From a plasmid, in sequence record NZ_CP013725.1: 64,000 nucleotides of DNA. One strand, given 5' to 3'. How positions within the stretch are numbered: position 1 is the first letter of the stretch; each line of letters opens with the position of its first letter. The notes beneath the pieces are model-generated. The model did not search any database. It was given only the letters and a program-made list of their open reading frames with translations, and was not told the origin of the DNA. Shown here one piece after another: positions 53,720 through 64,000 of the stretch. The translations under genes were made by a program, and so were the position numbers.

Positions 53720-54691
53720 GTGAAAACATTGCGAGAAATAAAAAAGGAAAAACAATCTGTAATGATTATTTTAGCAGAGTTGTACGAAGAACATGATCTA
53801 TCCTTTCCAGACCATAAAGCAGGAAGCAAGATAGGCTGTCCTGTTTGTGATCAGATAGTAACATGTACCAGCGTTATTAAGCGATTAGAAAACGAAATAG
53901 CTACTTACGGTAAAAGTCAGAGAAGCGAACCAGGCAGTGCAAAGAATAAAGTATTGGAAGAAAATAAGATTCTACATTCGGAAAATATGGAAGATATGGA
54001 ACGTGTTTTACATTGGGAACGTGTATTTACAAAACGAATGTATCAGGATTTGACAAGTGCCGGCTGGACTTCTGCAGAGATTCGAGATAACTATGATATT
54101 CCTGATTTTTTCTTTAAACGTTGGAAATATAAACATGAACTTTATGTGGCTGTTCCACTGATATATCGCGTAAAGACAGTGGATGAACGGGTATTCTTTT
54201 ATAAAGTTTTTTTGGAGAAAGATATTTTTTTTCTTACTCACTTAGATAATTTACTTATAGATAGATACGATCGCGTGGAAAAAGAGAACTGGACGGACAT
54301 TTATTTTTGGCATCAAGGGGCATATCGAACACTTCATCAAGTGATCCTAAATAGTGAGTTCGGAAAAATTGGTGAAACTGTTGTACGGCTTCATAATGTT
54401 CAATATTGTAAGCGAAAAGAAGCAGAGCAAGTGATCTTTTATGATGGGGATAATAAGGCAGATATTGATGCTTTTTGTGAGCCTCATGAGGTTGTAGCAT
54501 TAAAGAAGAAAAAGAAGTTACACTTTTCTACGAATTACGGCTCCGTAACACTGGGACCGGGTGAATTTTTAGTACGAGATATGACTAATCGGTTTTATCG
54601 GTATACAAAGGATGAATTTCATCAAATGTATGAACTGACAGAAAATAAGCATGATATTGGATTAATCAGTGAGGCAACTTATCATGGATAA
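53720..54691 (+). CDS. hypothetical 323-aa protein with a CPVC...C...C cluster, translationally coupled to the upstream HTH gene
   Basis: a 3-nt gap after the HTH gene; no recognised catalytic motif. Confidence 0.4.
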   Translation: MKTLREIKKEKQSVMIILAELYEEHDLSFPDHKAGSKIGCPVCDQIVTCTSVIKRLENEIATYGKSQRSEPGSAKNKVLEENKILHSENMEDMERVLHWERVFTKRMYQDLTSAGWTSAEIRDNYDIPDFFFKRWKYKHELYVAVPLIYRVKTVDERVFFYKVFLEKDIFFLTHLDNLLIDRYDRVEKENWTDIYFWHQGAYRTLHQVILNSEFGKIGETVVRLHNVQYCKRKEAEQVIFYDGDNKADIDAFCEPHEVVALKKKKKLHFSTNYGSVTLGPGEFLVRDMTNRFYRYTKDEFHQMYELTENKHDIGLISEATYHG

Positions 54692-54837
54692 TAGGAAGTG
54701 TGATACTTTTCGCAACGGCGGTGGCGGTTGGAGTGTAAGGGAGGTTGATTGTTGAAGCAGGTAATGCCAAATAGGATCTTAATTTGGCGTTATCGGCTGA
54801 AAGAATCAAAACTATCATGAAGTAAAAGGAGATTATT

Positions 54838-55228
54838 ATGAAAATGAATCGATTTAATTTTAGAAAAAGTAGTCTGTTAGTTGGCTTTATTGTATTAATA
54901 GGCGGCTTGTTTCTGGCTGGCTGCGAAGGGGATGCAGGCGAACTTGATGCGAAACAGAACTAAAAATATAAACTGGTTTATAGTGAGTACTGGCTTCCCA
55001 ACATGAAAAGGGTAAGTATGCAATTGGCTATATAAAAGCCGGCAAGGAAAAGCAAACATATATTAATGGGGAGTATGTAGAAGAGCGAATCTTAACGAAT
55101 CCGGATAAAGAACCCTATTTGATGACGGATGGAATAAAAGTAAAAGTTTACTGGCAGCCGTATCAACGATATATCTATCCGGATGTAGCAAAGGCCAAAG
55201 TCATCGAAAAAGAAACGCACGGAAAGTA
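54838..55228 (+). pseudogene. lipoprotein gene interrupted by an in-frame stop at 54961
   Basis: MKMNRFNFRKSSLLVGFIVLIGGLFLAGCEG lipobox then TAA; coding-like continuation ...YWQPYQRYIYPDVAKAKVIEKETHGK in another frame. Confidence 0.3.
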
Positions 55229-55229
55229 G

Positions 55230-55586
55230 GTGATCATCGTGAAAAAACGCTCTACATGGATGCTGCTGATAGGGGTAATCTTTGGGGTAGCCTTGCTGCT
55301 TTTGCCAGATAATATCCAAGCGGCGCCGGTGGTTAGTCATCCGGCCACGTCAGCTGCGCGCGGAAAAACGGCTTCTTCGGCGGCAGCATCGAAAGCACCC
55401 TCTTCAGCTGGATTGCGGTCAGCTGTCGGCCGTAATGCTATCCAATCGATACCAAAGGCATTTTATAAGGGGAATATCGGCAATAAAAACAAGGGAGCGA
55501 AAGGGTTTAATAAGGCCAACAATCGGAATCATGCCACCGTTTTTGCGCCGTTTCGTGGATTCCCGGTAGCAGCCGGGATCTCGTAG
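55230..55586 (+). CDS. secreted Ala/Ser-rich protein with a signal peptide
   Basis: MLLIGVIFGVALLLLPDNIQA signal; GC-richer than its surroundings. Confidence 0.3.
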   Translation: MIIVKKRSTWMLLIGVIFGVALLLLPDNIQAAPVVSHPATSAARGKTASSAAASKAPSSAGLRSAVGRNAIQSIPKAFYKGNIGNKNKGAKGFNKANNRNHATVFAPFRGFPVAAGIS

Positions 55587-56010
55587 CATTATGGGAAAAA
55601 CAATTTTTATCATGCTGCTTTTCCTTATTGGCTATTTTATATGCAGGTTGCAAGTCAGCAGATCCCGAAAAGAAAACGGCCTTATTAGAAGCTTTAGATC
55701 AGCAAGCCAAAACCTATTTCATTACAATCCAAGTGGGGGAAAAGAAGCGCATGATCAGTGTCACGAAAACAGAATATCAGCAGGTTAAAATCGGCCAAAC
55801 TATATCTTTGCGGCAGGGAAACTGTATACTCAATATAATCCTTCTACACTATTGACTATTAACAATAGTTATGATATGATTATTGCAGATAAAGTCGAAG
55901 GACAATATCGACTTCTCAAAAAGAAAATGTTCATAGTTGATAAAGTCGTAGAGAGCGCGACTTCTCAAAAAGAAAGTCTCTTTTTTTTTATATAAAAAGG
56001 GGAAAACTAA

Positions 56011-56550
56011 ATGTTAGCTAAAGGTAGTTTATATTTCTTTTTTATGAATTCATCTTATTTTCAGGATTATGGGGAAATAGATGAATTTCAAACGGACATC
56101 CAAAGAGGTCATGGAGTAACTATACTAGAGATATCTCCAGAAATCATGGTTGCTATCCCTATGCGCTCAAGCCTAAGGCCTTACATGAAAAATCAGAGAC
56201 ATCTGTTTCCTTATAAAGTTTATGAAAAAGAAGATGGAAATGAAGCGTTAAAAGCATTGGACTTTAGTAAGTTAACTATAATTGACGAAAAGTATATTGA
56301 TAAATCTACTACTTATTTTTTTCAAGATGATGCTGAAAGGTCTTATTACCTGGAGAATTTTGATAGAATAAGTACCCTAATAAAGAATTATATTAATAGC
56401 TACATAAGAATGTGTGAAACAATAAAAAAGGGAGAGGGAATTAGCATCAGCTATAAAAAAATGTTTCGGTATAGTACATTAAGAAATTTTCATGAAGAAT
56501 TAGGTATATCGATATCTAAAGAAGAAATAATTAATTGCCTTAATCAATAA
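56011..56550 (+). CDS. hypothetical protein (AT-rich, possible abortive-infection-type gene)
   Basis: 179-aa ORF followed by a strong terminator GTCTAGAAATTATAATTTCTAGAC+T7 at 56591-56622. Confidence 0.3.
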   Translation: MLAKGSLYFFFMNSSYFQDYGEIDEFQTDIQRGHGVTILEISPEIMVAIPMRSSLRPYMKNQRHLFPYKVYEKEDGNEALKALDFSKLTIIDEKYIDKSTTYFFQDDAERSYYLENFDRISTLIKNYINSYIRMCETIKKGEGISISYKKMFRYSTLRNFHEELGISISKEEIINCLNQ

Positions 56551-56729
56551 ACTTGAGTAAATTATTTTCTTCTTACCAAGAGTCTAGAAATTATAATTTC
56601 TAGACTTTTTTTATGCTGACGAACGAATGCGGGTTTTGAGTATATAAAATTGCTTGATTTTGTCTATAAGATAGTCTATAATTAAAGGTATAGAATATTG
56701 AATATTATAGACTGTTAGAAGGTGGAAAA

Positions 56730-57329
56730 GTGAAATTAGGATATGCACGTGTCAGTACCGTTGGTCAAGATCTGCAGACACAGATTGAAAAGCTCAAAAA
56801 TGTAGGGATCACGGATGACTATTTATATATTGAAAAAAAATCTGGAACGACCACAAGAAATCGACATGAGCTTGAAAATTTACTGAAGCAGGCAAGAACA
56901 GGTGATCATGTTTTTGTGACAAAGATCGATCGATTAGCAAGATCGATTATTGATTTAAATAACGTGATGAACCGATTTAAAGAAAAAGGCGTCAGCGTCA
57001 CTTTTTTAGATAATAACATGACGTTTGAAGCAGATACCGAAAATAATGCGATGCAACGTCTGTTATTTAATGTTCTTGGCTCTTTTGCAGAATTTGAGCG
57101 CGATATGATCGTTAACCGAACCGGAGAAGGCCGAAAACGTGCAAAAGCAGCTGGAAAAAAATTAGGACGAACAGGACAACCAGAAGAAAAAATTCGGAGA
57201 GCAATCGCGATGTGGCAGAATAGAAAACAATTGGATGTATCTATTTCTGAAATTGTAGAAGATACTGGTGTTCCAAAAGCAACGCTTTATAAAAAAATAA
57301 AGGAGATGGAGAGAGGGAATAAAAGATAA
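56730..57329 (+). CDS. serine recombinase (plasmid resolvase), GTG start
   Basis: MKLGYARVSTVGQDLQTQ; C-terminal HTH. Confidence 0.85.
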   Translation: MKLGYARVSTVGQDLQTQIEKLKNVGITDDYLYIEKKSGTTTRNRHELENLLKQARTGDHVFVTKIDRLARSIIDLNNVMNRFKEKGVSVTFLDNNMTFEADTENNAMQRLLFNVLGSFAEFERDMIVNRTGEGRKRAKAAGKKLGRTGQPEEKIRRAIAMWQNRKQLDVSISEIVEDTGVPKATLYKKIKEMERGNKR

Positions 57330-57805
57330 TTTATATCACTATTTTTGGATTCGTCTTGGTTTTGCTAGTTACGGCCGTGTTTAGTCAAGTATCTTAAACT
57401 TGGAGAAATTGACTTATGAATCCGGTTGCAATGTGAGAGAGAAGGATGAACACAAAAAAAAGGATATAATAGGGAGGATAAAATGAAAAAGAGAATGTAT
57501 TGTTTAGTGATGCTTCTTGCGTTCGTGTTGTTGGTTAGTTTATCAAATCAACAAGTAGCAGCATCAGAAACGGGAAATGATGATAAAGAAATTCAAACAT
57601 TGTATCAAAAAGCGATTAATGAAAAGAAAGTAGATCCTAATAAGTTAGTAAATAAATTTTTTATTATGTGTTCATTCGCAAGCTTCAGTTTTTGGCTGGA
57701 GCTTTTTTATTATTTAATAAAATTTAAACTTGCCAAACAGAACATTTGTTTGTATAATTTAATACATAAATAGAACATTTGTTCTTGTTGGAGGAGGTCA
57801 TTTCA

Positions 57806-58150
57806 ATGGCTTATCGAGATCGAGGCATGCAAAAGTGGCAAGGCATGATTCTATCCGAGCATACAGAACAACTAGAACAAGCAAAAAGAAAGTTATCTTG
57901 GCTACCGCAGCAAAGTGAAGAATGCCTGGTAGAAATTTTAAGCTACGCTGTTACAAAGCAGCATGCTATAATGATACAACGACTTACAGAAGATGAAAAT
58001 GGTTATCCCCTCCCCTTTGTGGTAGGTAGAATCGTTGGTGTGGAAGACGATCGTATGTTTATTAGAGATATGGCCGGAGAGATCACTGTGTTGACATTTG
58101 ACGATATTAATCATATTTCAGAAGGGACAATCGAAAAATGGTACAGGTAG
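57806..58150 (+). CDS. YolD-like protein (UmuD functional analogue accompanying Y-family polymerases)
   Basis: Small gene overlapping the start of the polymerase gene, RBS GGAGGAGG. The assignment is by position and size; the sequence has no strong motif. Confidence 0.4.
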   Translation: MAYRDRGMQKWQGMILSEHTEQLEQAKRKLSWLPQQSEECLVEILSYAVTKQHAIMIQRLTEDENGYPLPFVVGRIVGVEDDRMFIRDMAGEITVLTFDDINHISEGTIEKWYR

Positions 58151-59490
58151 AAGATTACACCCACGTCCCCTCTCGCGATATTCTTTGTGTCGATGTGAAG
58201 TCGTTTTTTGCCAGTGTGGAGTGCGTTAAACGTGGATTAGATCCACTCCAGGCTTTTCTTGTCGTCATGAGTAATGCAGATCGCGCCGGAGGATTGGTGC
58301 TTGCAGCAAGTCCTCAAATGAAGAAAGTTTTTCGAATTAAGACAGGATCTAGAAAATTTGAAGTGCCAGAGGACGATCCTCGCATTATTATTGCTCCCCC
58401 TAGAATGAAACTGTATTTAAAAGTGAATGAGCTCATCCAGAAAATCTTCCTTCGATACGTTTCCAGGGAAGATTTTCATGTGTATTCGATTGATGAGGCT
58501 TTTTTAGATGTGACAAATAGCAAGAAACTTTTTGGATCAGCAGAAGAGATCGCAAAAAAAATTCAAACAGATATTTTAAAGGAGTTAAGGCTGTATGTCA
58601 CGGTTGGTATTGGCGACAATCCCCTTCTTGCAAAATTAGCCCTGGATAATGCAGCTAAACATCAAAAATCAGGTATTGCGGAGTGGCGATATAAAGATGT
58701 ACCGGCAACGGTGTGGAAGATCCGACCAATCACTGATTTTTGGGGAATCGGAAAAAGGACTGCTTTTCAGCTGGAGCGAATGGGTATCTATAGCATTTAT
58801 GGTTTGAGCCAGATGCCTCCCTCCTATTTAAAAAAGCGTTTAGGTGTGATTGGAGAGCAGCTCTACTATCATTCGCATGGCATTGATTATAGTCGTTTGT
58901 CAGAAAAGTATAAGCCACTTGAGAAGTCTTATGGTAAAAGCCAAATATTGGAAAAAGATTATCATGATCCGGAACAGGTCGCCGTGATTATTCAAGAAAT
59001 GGTGGAAGAAGTAGCGATGCGCTTGCGCAATCATCACGTCGATACCAGCGTCATTCATCTAAGCGCCGGCTACAGCCGATATTCCACTCGGAACGGTTTT
59101 AGCCACCAAAAAAAGATCATGGCCACAAATAGCAGCAAGGAGCTTGTCCCCTACTTCTTAGAAATGTTTTGGAAGTATCAGGAAAATGATGCGGTGCGAT
59201 CAGTTGCGGTTAGTTGTGGTGGCATCAAAAGAAAAACATCGATGCAGCTGAGTGTGTTTGAAGACTATACAAAAACGCTCCAGCAAGAGCAGCTAGAGCG
59301 GACGATTGATAAAATTAGAGATCGCTATGGTTTTAAAGCACTCATGCATGCTAATAGTTTGATTGATGGTGCTACCGGCTTGAAAGATCTGATTTGGTCG
59401 GTGGGCATAAAGGATAAAATAGTAATTACTATTTTTCTTTGCCATATCTGTTTGAGTGGAGTAAAATCTCGAGAGTATATTAGTGAATAG
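58138..59490 (+). CDS. Y-family DNA polymerase (UmuC/ImpB/UvrX-like, translesion synthesis)
   Basis: ILCVDVKSFFASVE (catalytic Asp region), SIDEAFLDVT (DE motif), GIGKRTAFQLERMGI helix-hairpin-helix. Confidence 0.85.
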   Translation: MVQVEDYTHVPSRDILCVDVKSFFASVECVKRGLDPLQAFLVVMSNADRAGGLVLAASPQMKKVFRIKTGSRKFEVPEDDPRIIIAPPRMKLYLKVNELIQKIFLRYVSREDFHVYSIDEAFLDVTNSKKLFGSAEEIAKKIQTDILKELRLYVTVGIGDNPLLAKLALDNAAKHQKSGIAEWRYKDVPATVWKIRPITDFWGIGKRTAFQLERMGIYSIYGLSQMPPSYLKKRLGVIGEQLYYHSHGIDYSRLSEKYKPLEKSYGKSQILEKDYHDPEQVAVIIQEMVEEVAMRLRNHHVDTSVIHLSAGYSRYSTRNGFSHQKKIMATNSSKELVPYFLEMFWKYQENDAVRSVAVSCGGIKRKTSMQLSVFEDYTKTLQQEQLERTIDKIRDRYGFKALMHANSLIDGATGLKDLIWSVGIKDKIVITIFLCHICLSGVKSREYISE

Positions 59491-59965
59491 GAAGTAGGGT
59501 TTCATAATAACATACTACCTAAATGTTGTTTATTAATTATGGTAGTATGTTACTACTATAAAATGGTTAGTGTGATTTAAATGGTAAAGTTTAAAATGAT
59601 ATGGTGATGCTAGAACACATTTAACAATGTATAACAATCTTGAGAGTATATTAGTGAATAGGAATTAGAATTTCATAATAACGTACTACCTAAATATTAT
59701 TTATTAATTACGGTAGTATATTACTACCGTAAAATGGTTAGTGTGATTTAAATGACAACGGTTAATACAATCTGATGATGCTAAAACACATTTAACACTA
59801 TTTAGAAATTAAGGTAGTATGATACTACCTTAATTTTAAAGGATGACTGATATAGAAACCATTCGATAAATAAATAACATACTACCTTAAATAAACTATT
59901 GTATTTTATTATGGTAGTATGTTATTATAATATATAAGGTAGTACATAATAAAAAATGAGGTGGA
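59471..59965. repeat. Iteron/centromere array. Two tandem about 161-bp direct repeats (59471-59631, 59632-59792) plus further palindromic (A)GGTAGTA / TACTACC(T) units, upstream of parA. The array begins inside the last codons of the polymerase gene.
   Basis: Repeat units each contain CATACTACCTAAAT...TTATGGTAGTATG; additional AAGGTAGTATGATACTACCTT palindrome at 59811-59831. Confidence 0.7.
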
Positions 59966-59969
59966 ATAA

Positions 59970-60797
59970 ATGACAGCAAAAATTTATGTAATTGGTAATT
60001 TTAAAGGTGGAGTTGGTAAAAGCACTTCTGCACAAATGTTAGGTTTTGAATCTGCTATTAAAAAACAAAAAACATTACTTATAGACCTAGACATGCAAGG
60101 AAACACTTCAGACGTAATGAATTTAACGCATATGAACTTTTCTGATGATGATGAAGTTATAGAATACGAAAATACAATAACTGATGTATTAATTAATGGT
60201 ACTCCACCAGAACAAGCAGTGTATTCGGTTATTGAAAATTTAGATATTCTTCCAGCAGACATGTCATTTGAAATTTATGATGATTGGATTAAAAAGAATT
60301 TCCCAGAGTCAATAGATCAATTCCAATATATGCAAAAAAGATTGAGCCCATTATTTGATAAATATGATGTTATTTATTTAGATGTCCCACCTTCCATTTC
60401 TGTATATAGCAAGTCGGCAATGTATATAGCAGAGTGGGCAATTGTCATTTTACAAACACAGGTTAAATCAATGCGTAATGCTATGCAATATCTTGAGTAT
60501 ATGGAATTTTTTGTAGATGCTTTCGACACTGATTTAAAGATTGCTGGAGTTATCCCTTTCATGCTAGAAAGTGGTGATGCGGTTGACAAAGAAATGTATG
60601 AACTTGCCAAAAAAACCTATGGAAAACATTTACTAAATAATGTTGTACTTAAAAATGCACGATTGAAGAGATATGATGGATCTGGTATTTCAATGGAGTT
60701 GAAAAAAAATGGTGAAATAAAACAATGGGATAAGAAATGTCATGAACTTTTCACCGCAATTTTGGCTGAATTAAATGAACACGAATCATGGTATTGA
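59970..60797 (+). CDS. parA: ParA/Soj-family partition ATPase
   Basis: deviant Walker A IGNFKGGVGKST; RBS GAGGTGGAATAA. Confidence 0.85.
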   Translation: MTAKIYVIGNFKGGVGKSTSAQMLGFESAIKKQKTLLIDLDMQGNTSDVMNLTHMNFSDDDEVIEYENTITDVLINGTPPEQAVYSVIENLDILPADMSFEIYDDWIKKNFPESIDQFQYMQKRLSPLFDKYDVIYLDVPPSISVYSKSAMYIAEWAIVILQTQVKSMRNAMQYLEYMEFFVDAFDTDLKIAGVIPFMLESGDAVDKEMYELAKKTYGKHLLNNVVLKNARLKRYDGSGISMELKKNGEIKQWDKKCHELFTAILAELNEHESWY

Positions 60798-60813
60798 TAA
60801 GGAGGAATGAAGT

Positions 60814-61311
60814 ATGGCTGACATTAAAGATTTAGGGATTTTTGGGGCAAAAAATAAAGGTCTGCAGAAGATCAAGGAAGCTTCTCACAAAAAAGAATCT
60901 AGTAGTAGACGCTCTTCCCCTATCGAACAAAAAAATGTAGTGAGAGAAAATAGAGATAACAAAAAAAATATAAAAACTAATAATTCCGTAGGTGCTCCAA
61001 TAAAGAATTATGATCGAATCTATGTTGCATCACAGCCAATTAAATTGTCAGCGTTATTGAATTCAACATCAAGAGTATTAAATGAGAAATATATGGCTGG
61101 TTATACGAGAGATGAAATTTTAAGACTAGCTCTCGATTCATATATTAAAATGAACTTCACAAAAGAAGATAAAATAGATCTATATAGAGATGTTTCTAAG
61201 GAATTAAATTTATTTAGAGAAAAACATCCAACTATCCCACGGGACGATATGACTGAAGAGGTTATTGAAGAACAGTCAGCAAATGAAATAAAAAAGAATT
61301 GGGGGCTATAG
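60814..61311 (+). CDS. small partition adaptor (ParB-analogue / RepC-like)
   Basis: 165-aa basic N-terminus, directly downstream of parA with RBS AAGGAGG. Confidence 0.5.
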   Translation: MADIKDLGIFGAKNKGLQKIKEASHKKESSSRRSSPIEQKNVVRENRDNKKNIKTNNSVGAPIKNYDRIYVASQPIKLSALLNSTSRVLNEKYMAGYTRDEILRLALDSYIKMNFTKEDKIDLYRDVSKELNLFREKHPTIPRDDMTEEVIEEQSANEIKKNWGL

Positions 61312-61314
61312 TTA

Positions 61315-61700
61315 TAGTAGTATATTATTGGGATGAAACAGTCATTTCGGTAGTAGGTAAATATGTATACTCCCTTATTTAAGTAGTATATAATTGTAAC
61401 ATATTTAAAGTATAGGTAGTATACAACTACTATAATAAACAGCCAATGATTAAAGTAGTTATATACTACTTTAATCATTGGCTGTCAAAAACAAGTTTAT
61501 CTCTCTAAATTAGAAACAAAACAAATAATTAAAACTGATATTACATTATCTACTACTTTAATTAAGAATAATAATCACAATAAGGTAGTAGATAATGTAT
61601 AATTAATACTAATTATGGTAGTAGTGTACTACTGCAACTGACTGATTGCATACTACCGTAATATGTAATTGCCTACTACTTTAACAAACTTTTTGAAAAA
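61315..61700. repeat. second iteron array (GGTAGTA/TACTAC units) with a 20-bp stem hairpin at 61440-61485
   Basis: at least 10 copies of TAGTA-containing heptamers in both orientations; CAGCCAATGATTAAAGTAGT / ACTACTTTAATCATTGGCTG inverted repeat. Confidence 0.65.
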
Positions 61701-62065
61701 TTCTTTTTGCATTTTATCAATTTATCTGCTATTTTTAATTTACAAATAAAAAAAGGAATCGCATTTCATAAAAAATGTACGTCCAATACATTTTTTATGA
61801 AACGTTACATATCGTCCAAATATGTAACTAAACGAAATCCTTCTTTGCTATAATATTCGATTGTTTATCTTAAAAAAATTATAGCATAAGTAGGCTTATT
61901 TAACAATGCTTTTAACCGCATTTTATCTAAGGTTTTTAACGTTTCGTGGCGATAACTTGGCTACGAAACGTTTGTTGTTTTCTGACAAACTTTCTAATTG
62001 GCGAAGTTTGTCTTTTTTTATTGGCAAAATCGTGCGGATAAAAAACGGGAAAGGAGACCTCCTTA

Positions 62066-63714
62066 TGCTAGTGAACGATGCAATTTATACGTACTCCGCG
62101 GTGATCAATACAGTGGTGCACGAGGGATTAACTGCTTATCGTAAAAAAAATAGTCACGGCGTGATGGCCGTGCGTGATCACTTTGCAACGATCGAAGCAG
62201 CCAGTGTAAACCGGAAGGGCGTTCAATTTGTGGTTCGAGAGAAAAGCCACCTGCAAACGTCACGCGGCGTGCGCGGCTTTATCGTGACCAGCCAAGAAGC
62301 CTTGATCGCGGAAGCAGATCGGATCAGTCACTGGACACCGAATACATACCGAGTTGGTACTTACTCGGACCGAAATCGAAAATACATAAAAGGACACGAA
62401 GAAAAGAACTTGCAACAAATCAACACGTTTGTGATCGATATCGATACGCAAAAAGTCGACGTGGCAAAAATGATCACGGCATCGATGCGTGTCTTGAATC
62501 AAACACCTACGTTCATCTTGAAAACCGATCACGGCTTTCAAATGTACTTCGTATTAGAAACACCTAGCTTTGTTAGTAATGCGAATCAATTTAAATCGTT
62601 AAAAATCGCCAAAAGAATTTCGCAAAACGTCAAATATGCGTTTGCGGAAGAGTTGCCAGCTGTCGATATTGGCTGCAATGACTTTGGTTTCTTTCGCGCG
62701 CCAAATACGCAGAATGTAGCCTTTTTAAACCTAGAAAGTCAATTCGATTTCCAGGAAATGATGGAATGGTCGAAAAGTTACAGTGATCAAAAACGGCGTT
62801 CGGTGCTTTCTTTGATACCGGAATCTTCAACTGCAGTCTTTGATGCGACCAAACAAGAATGGTTTTCCATCATGGCGAATCTAAAAAATGTACGTGGACG
62901 CAAAGGCCAATACGGCCGAAATAACGTTACATTTACGCTAGCCTTAGCTTGTTATGCTTCCGGTAAAAGTAAACAAGAAGCGACAGATTTGCTTGATCAG
63001 TTCAATGACACGCTGGAAGCACCATTGCGATTTAGGGAAATCGAAACATGTATTCGCAATGCATACTCGGGAAGATACCAGGGCGCAAATGCTGAAAAAA
63101 TCAGCGATATCTTGCAGACGTATTGGAAATCTGAATACGAAATCAAGGGCTACACGCCATTTATCTTTGATGAAGCAGGTAAGGTTAAACCTCAATTCTT
63201 TAGAAAGCACAGGAAGAGTAGGGAAGAACGTACGTATTCGCATTTTAGCGAATGGGAAAAAGACTTAGAATGTTACATCGAGTCACAGCTGTTATCCGGA
63301 CAAACTTTTTTAGAACGTTCGCAGCGCTCGGTCGCTGAAGCATTAAAAATGCCTTATGCGACGCTAAAAAAAATACTGAAGCAATCGGATCGCATTATTA
63401 GCAGAGTGAACGGGAAGGGGAGAGCTGCCCAAACCCTTTTTTCTACAGTGGCCATCGTTGTGGAGCAAGCGATACGACACGCTTTGACAAAGAAAGCGGC
63501 AGAAAAAGAAGCATACATGGAATTTTTAGCGAGCTTTACGGATGCGGCACGACATGTGATTACATTGATCGAATCTACTGGTAAGTTATCGGAGGCATAT
63601 AAGCCACCTGTGAGTTTGATTGGAAATGGGGATCGTACTGTCCAGCTGTCATTAAACCTACTGGGTAATGTCTACCGAAGGCGTAATAATAACGATTATA
63701 GACGAAGTAGTTAG
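62066..63714 (+). CDS. theta-type replication initiator of the Inc18 RepE/RepR/RepS family
   Basis: HWTPNTYRVGTYSDRNRKYIKGHEEKNLQQINTFVIDID and SQNVKYAFAE regions parallel pAMbeta1 RepE; RBS AAAGGAG before the ATG at 62066. Confidence 0.7.
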
Positions 63715-64000
63715 CTTTTAAACTAATGGGCTCAATTGCCAATTACTTATTTCTAGTTACTAGGCCTGTTGTTCTTGACTATTTACTAGCGCTATATTTA
63801 GCTTGGGATATTGTTTTAGTATTTGTTTGTTATATCCTGAAAGTTGGGCTAATCTATATATGTTTTGTTTTTTAAAAAAATGATAGTATTTATTTATTTT
63901 TCTTTTTTGACATCGTTTGAATAAACCATTTGTATATTGGTAATACTATGTTTATGTAAGTTTAAAAGTATTTTTAGTCTTTTTGTTTTTTTAAAAAATA

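Noticed and set aside
59471-61700. Possible CRISPR array suggested by the many short repeats
   Set aside because: Repeats are 7-8 bp TAGTA-type units in both orientations with irregular spacing, plus two 161-bp tandem copies. There are no 28-37 bp constant repeats with unique spacers and no cas genes. They fit plasmid iterons/centromere sites.
1-64000. rRNA, tRNA or tmRNA genes
   Set aside because: No stretch with tRNA cloverleaf potential or rRNA-like conserved segments was seen. The window is plasmid-like throughout.

Overview
This window reads as a mosaic Firmicutes (Enterococcus-type) conjugative plasmid. A Gram-positive transfer module spans 1-12.2 kb. It contains a disrupted VirD4-like coupling protein, VirB6-, VirB3- and VirB4-like proteins, an SLT+NlpC/P60 cell-wall hydrolase, an oriT-like repeat region, RHH and MobC-like accessory proteins and a MOB_P relaxase. 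It is followed by a MazF-like/Fic toxin pair and an XRE regulator. A very large conjugation-associated gene (ArdC-like N-terminus, SNF2-like helicase C-terminus) is split by about 33 kb of accessory DNA between 16.4 and 49.5 kb. That insertion contains an IS21 remnant and IS6/IS1216 copies bracketing an NADH-oxidase, OpuAC and SPC-type P-type ATPase unit with a structured leader. It also carries transposase and topoisomerase III remnants, a cupin, a FetAB-like ABC exporter, dps and a Crp/Fnr regulator. Further in are a cop-box controlled CopZ-like protein plus a CPG-motif P-type ATPase, an AT-rich two-gene SIR2-like NADase plus HerA-like ATPase defense operon, and a staphylococcal-type resolvase-copB-mco block. 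A 6.4 kb Tn5422-like Tn3-family transposon with cadC-cadA truncates mco. Beyond the helicase gene lie an HTH plus unknown gene pair, a resolvase, a YolD/UmuC-like pair, a parA-parB cassette flanked by iteron arrays and an Inc18-type RepE-like initiator. No rRNA, tRNA or CRISPR array was seen. The SIR2-HerA operon embedded in the metal-resistance island is the most notable system; several unknown gene pairs are flagged for follow-up.
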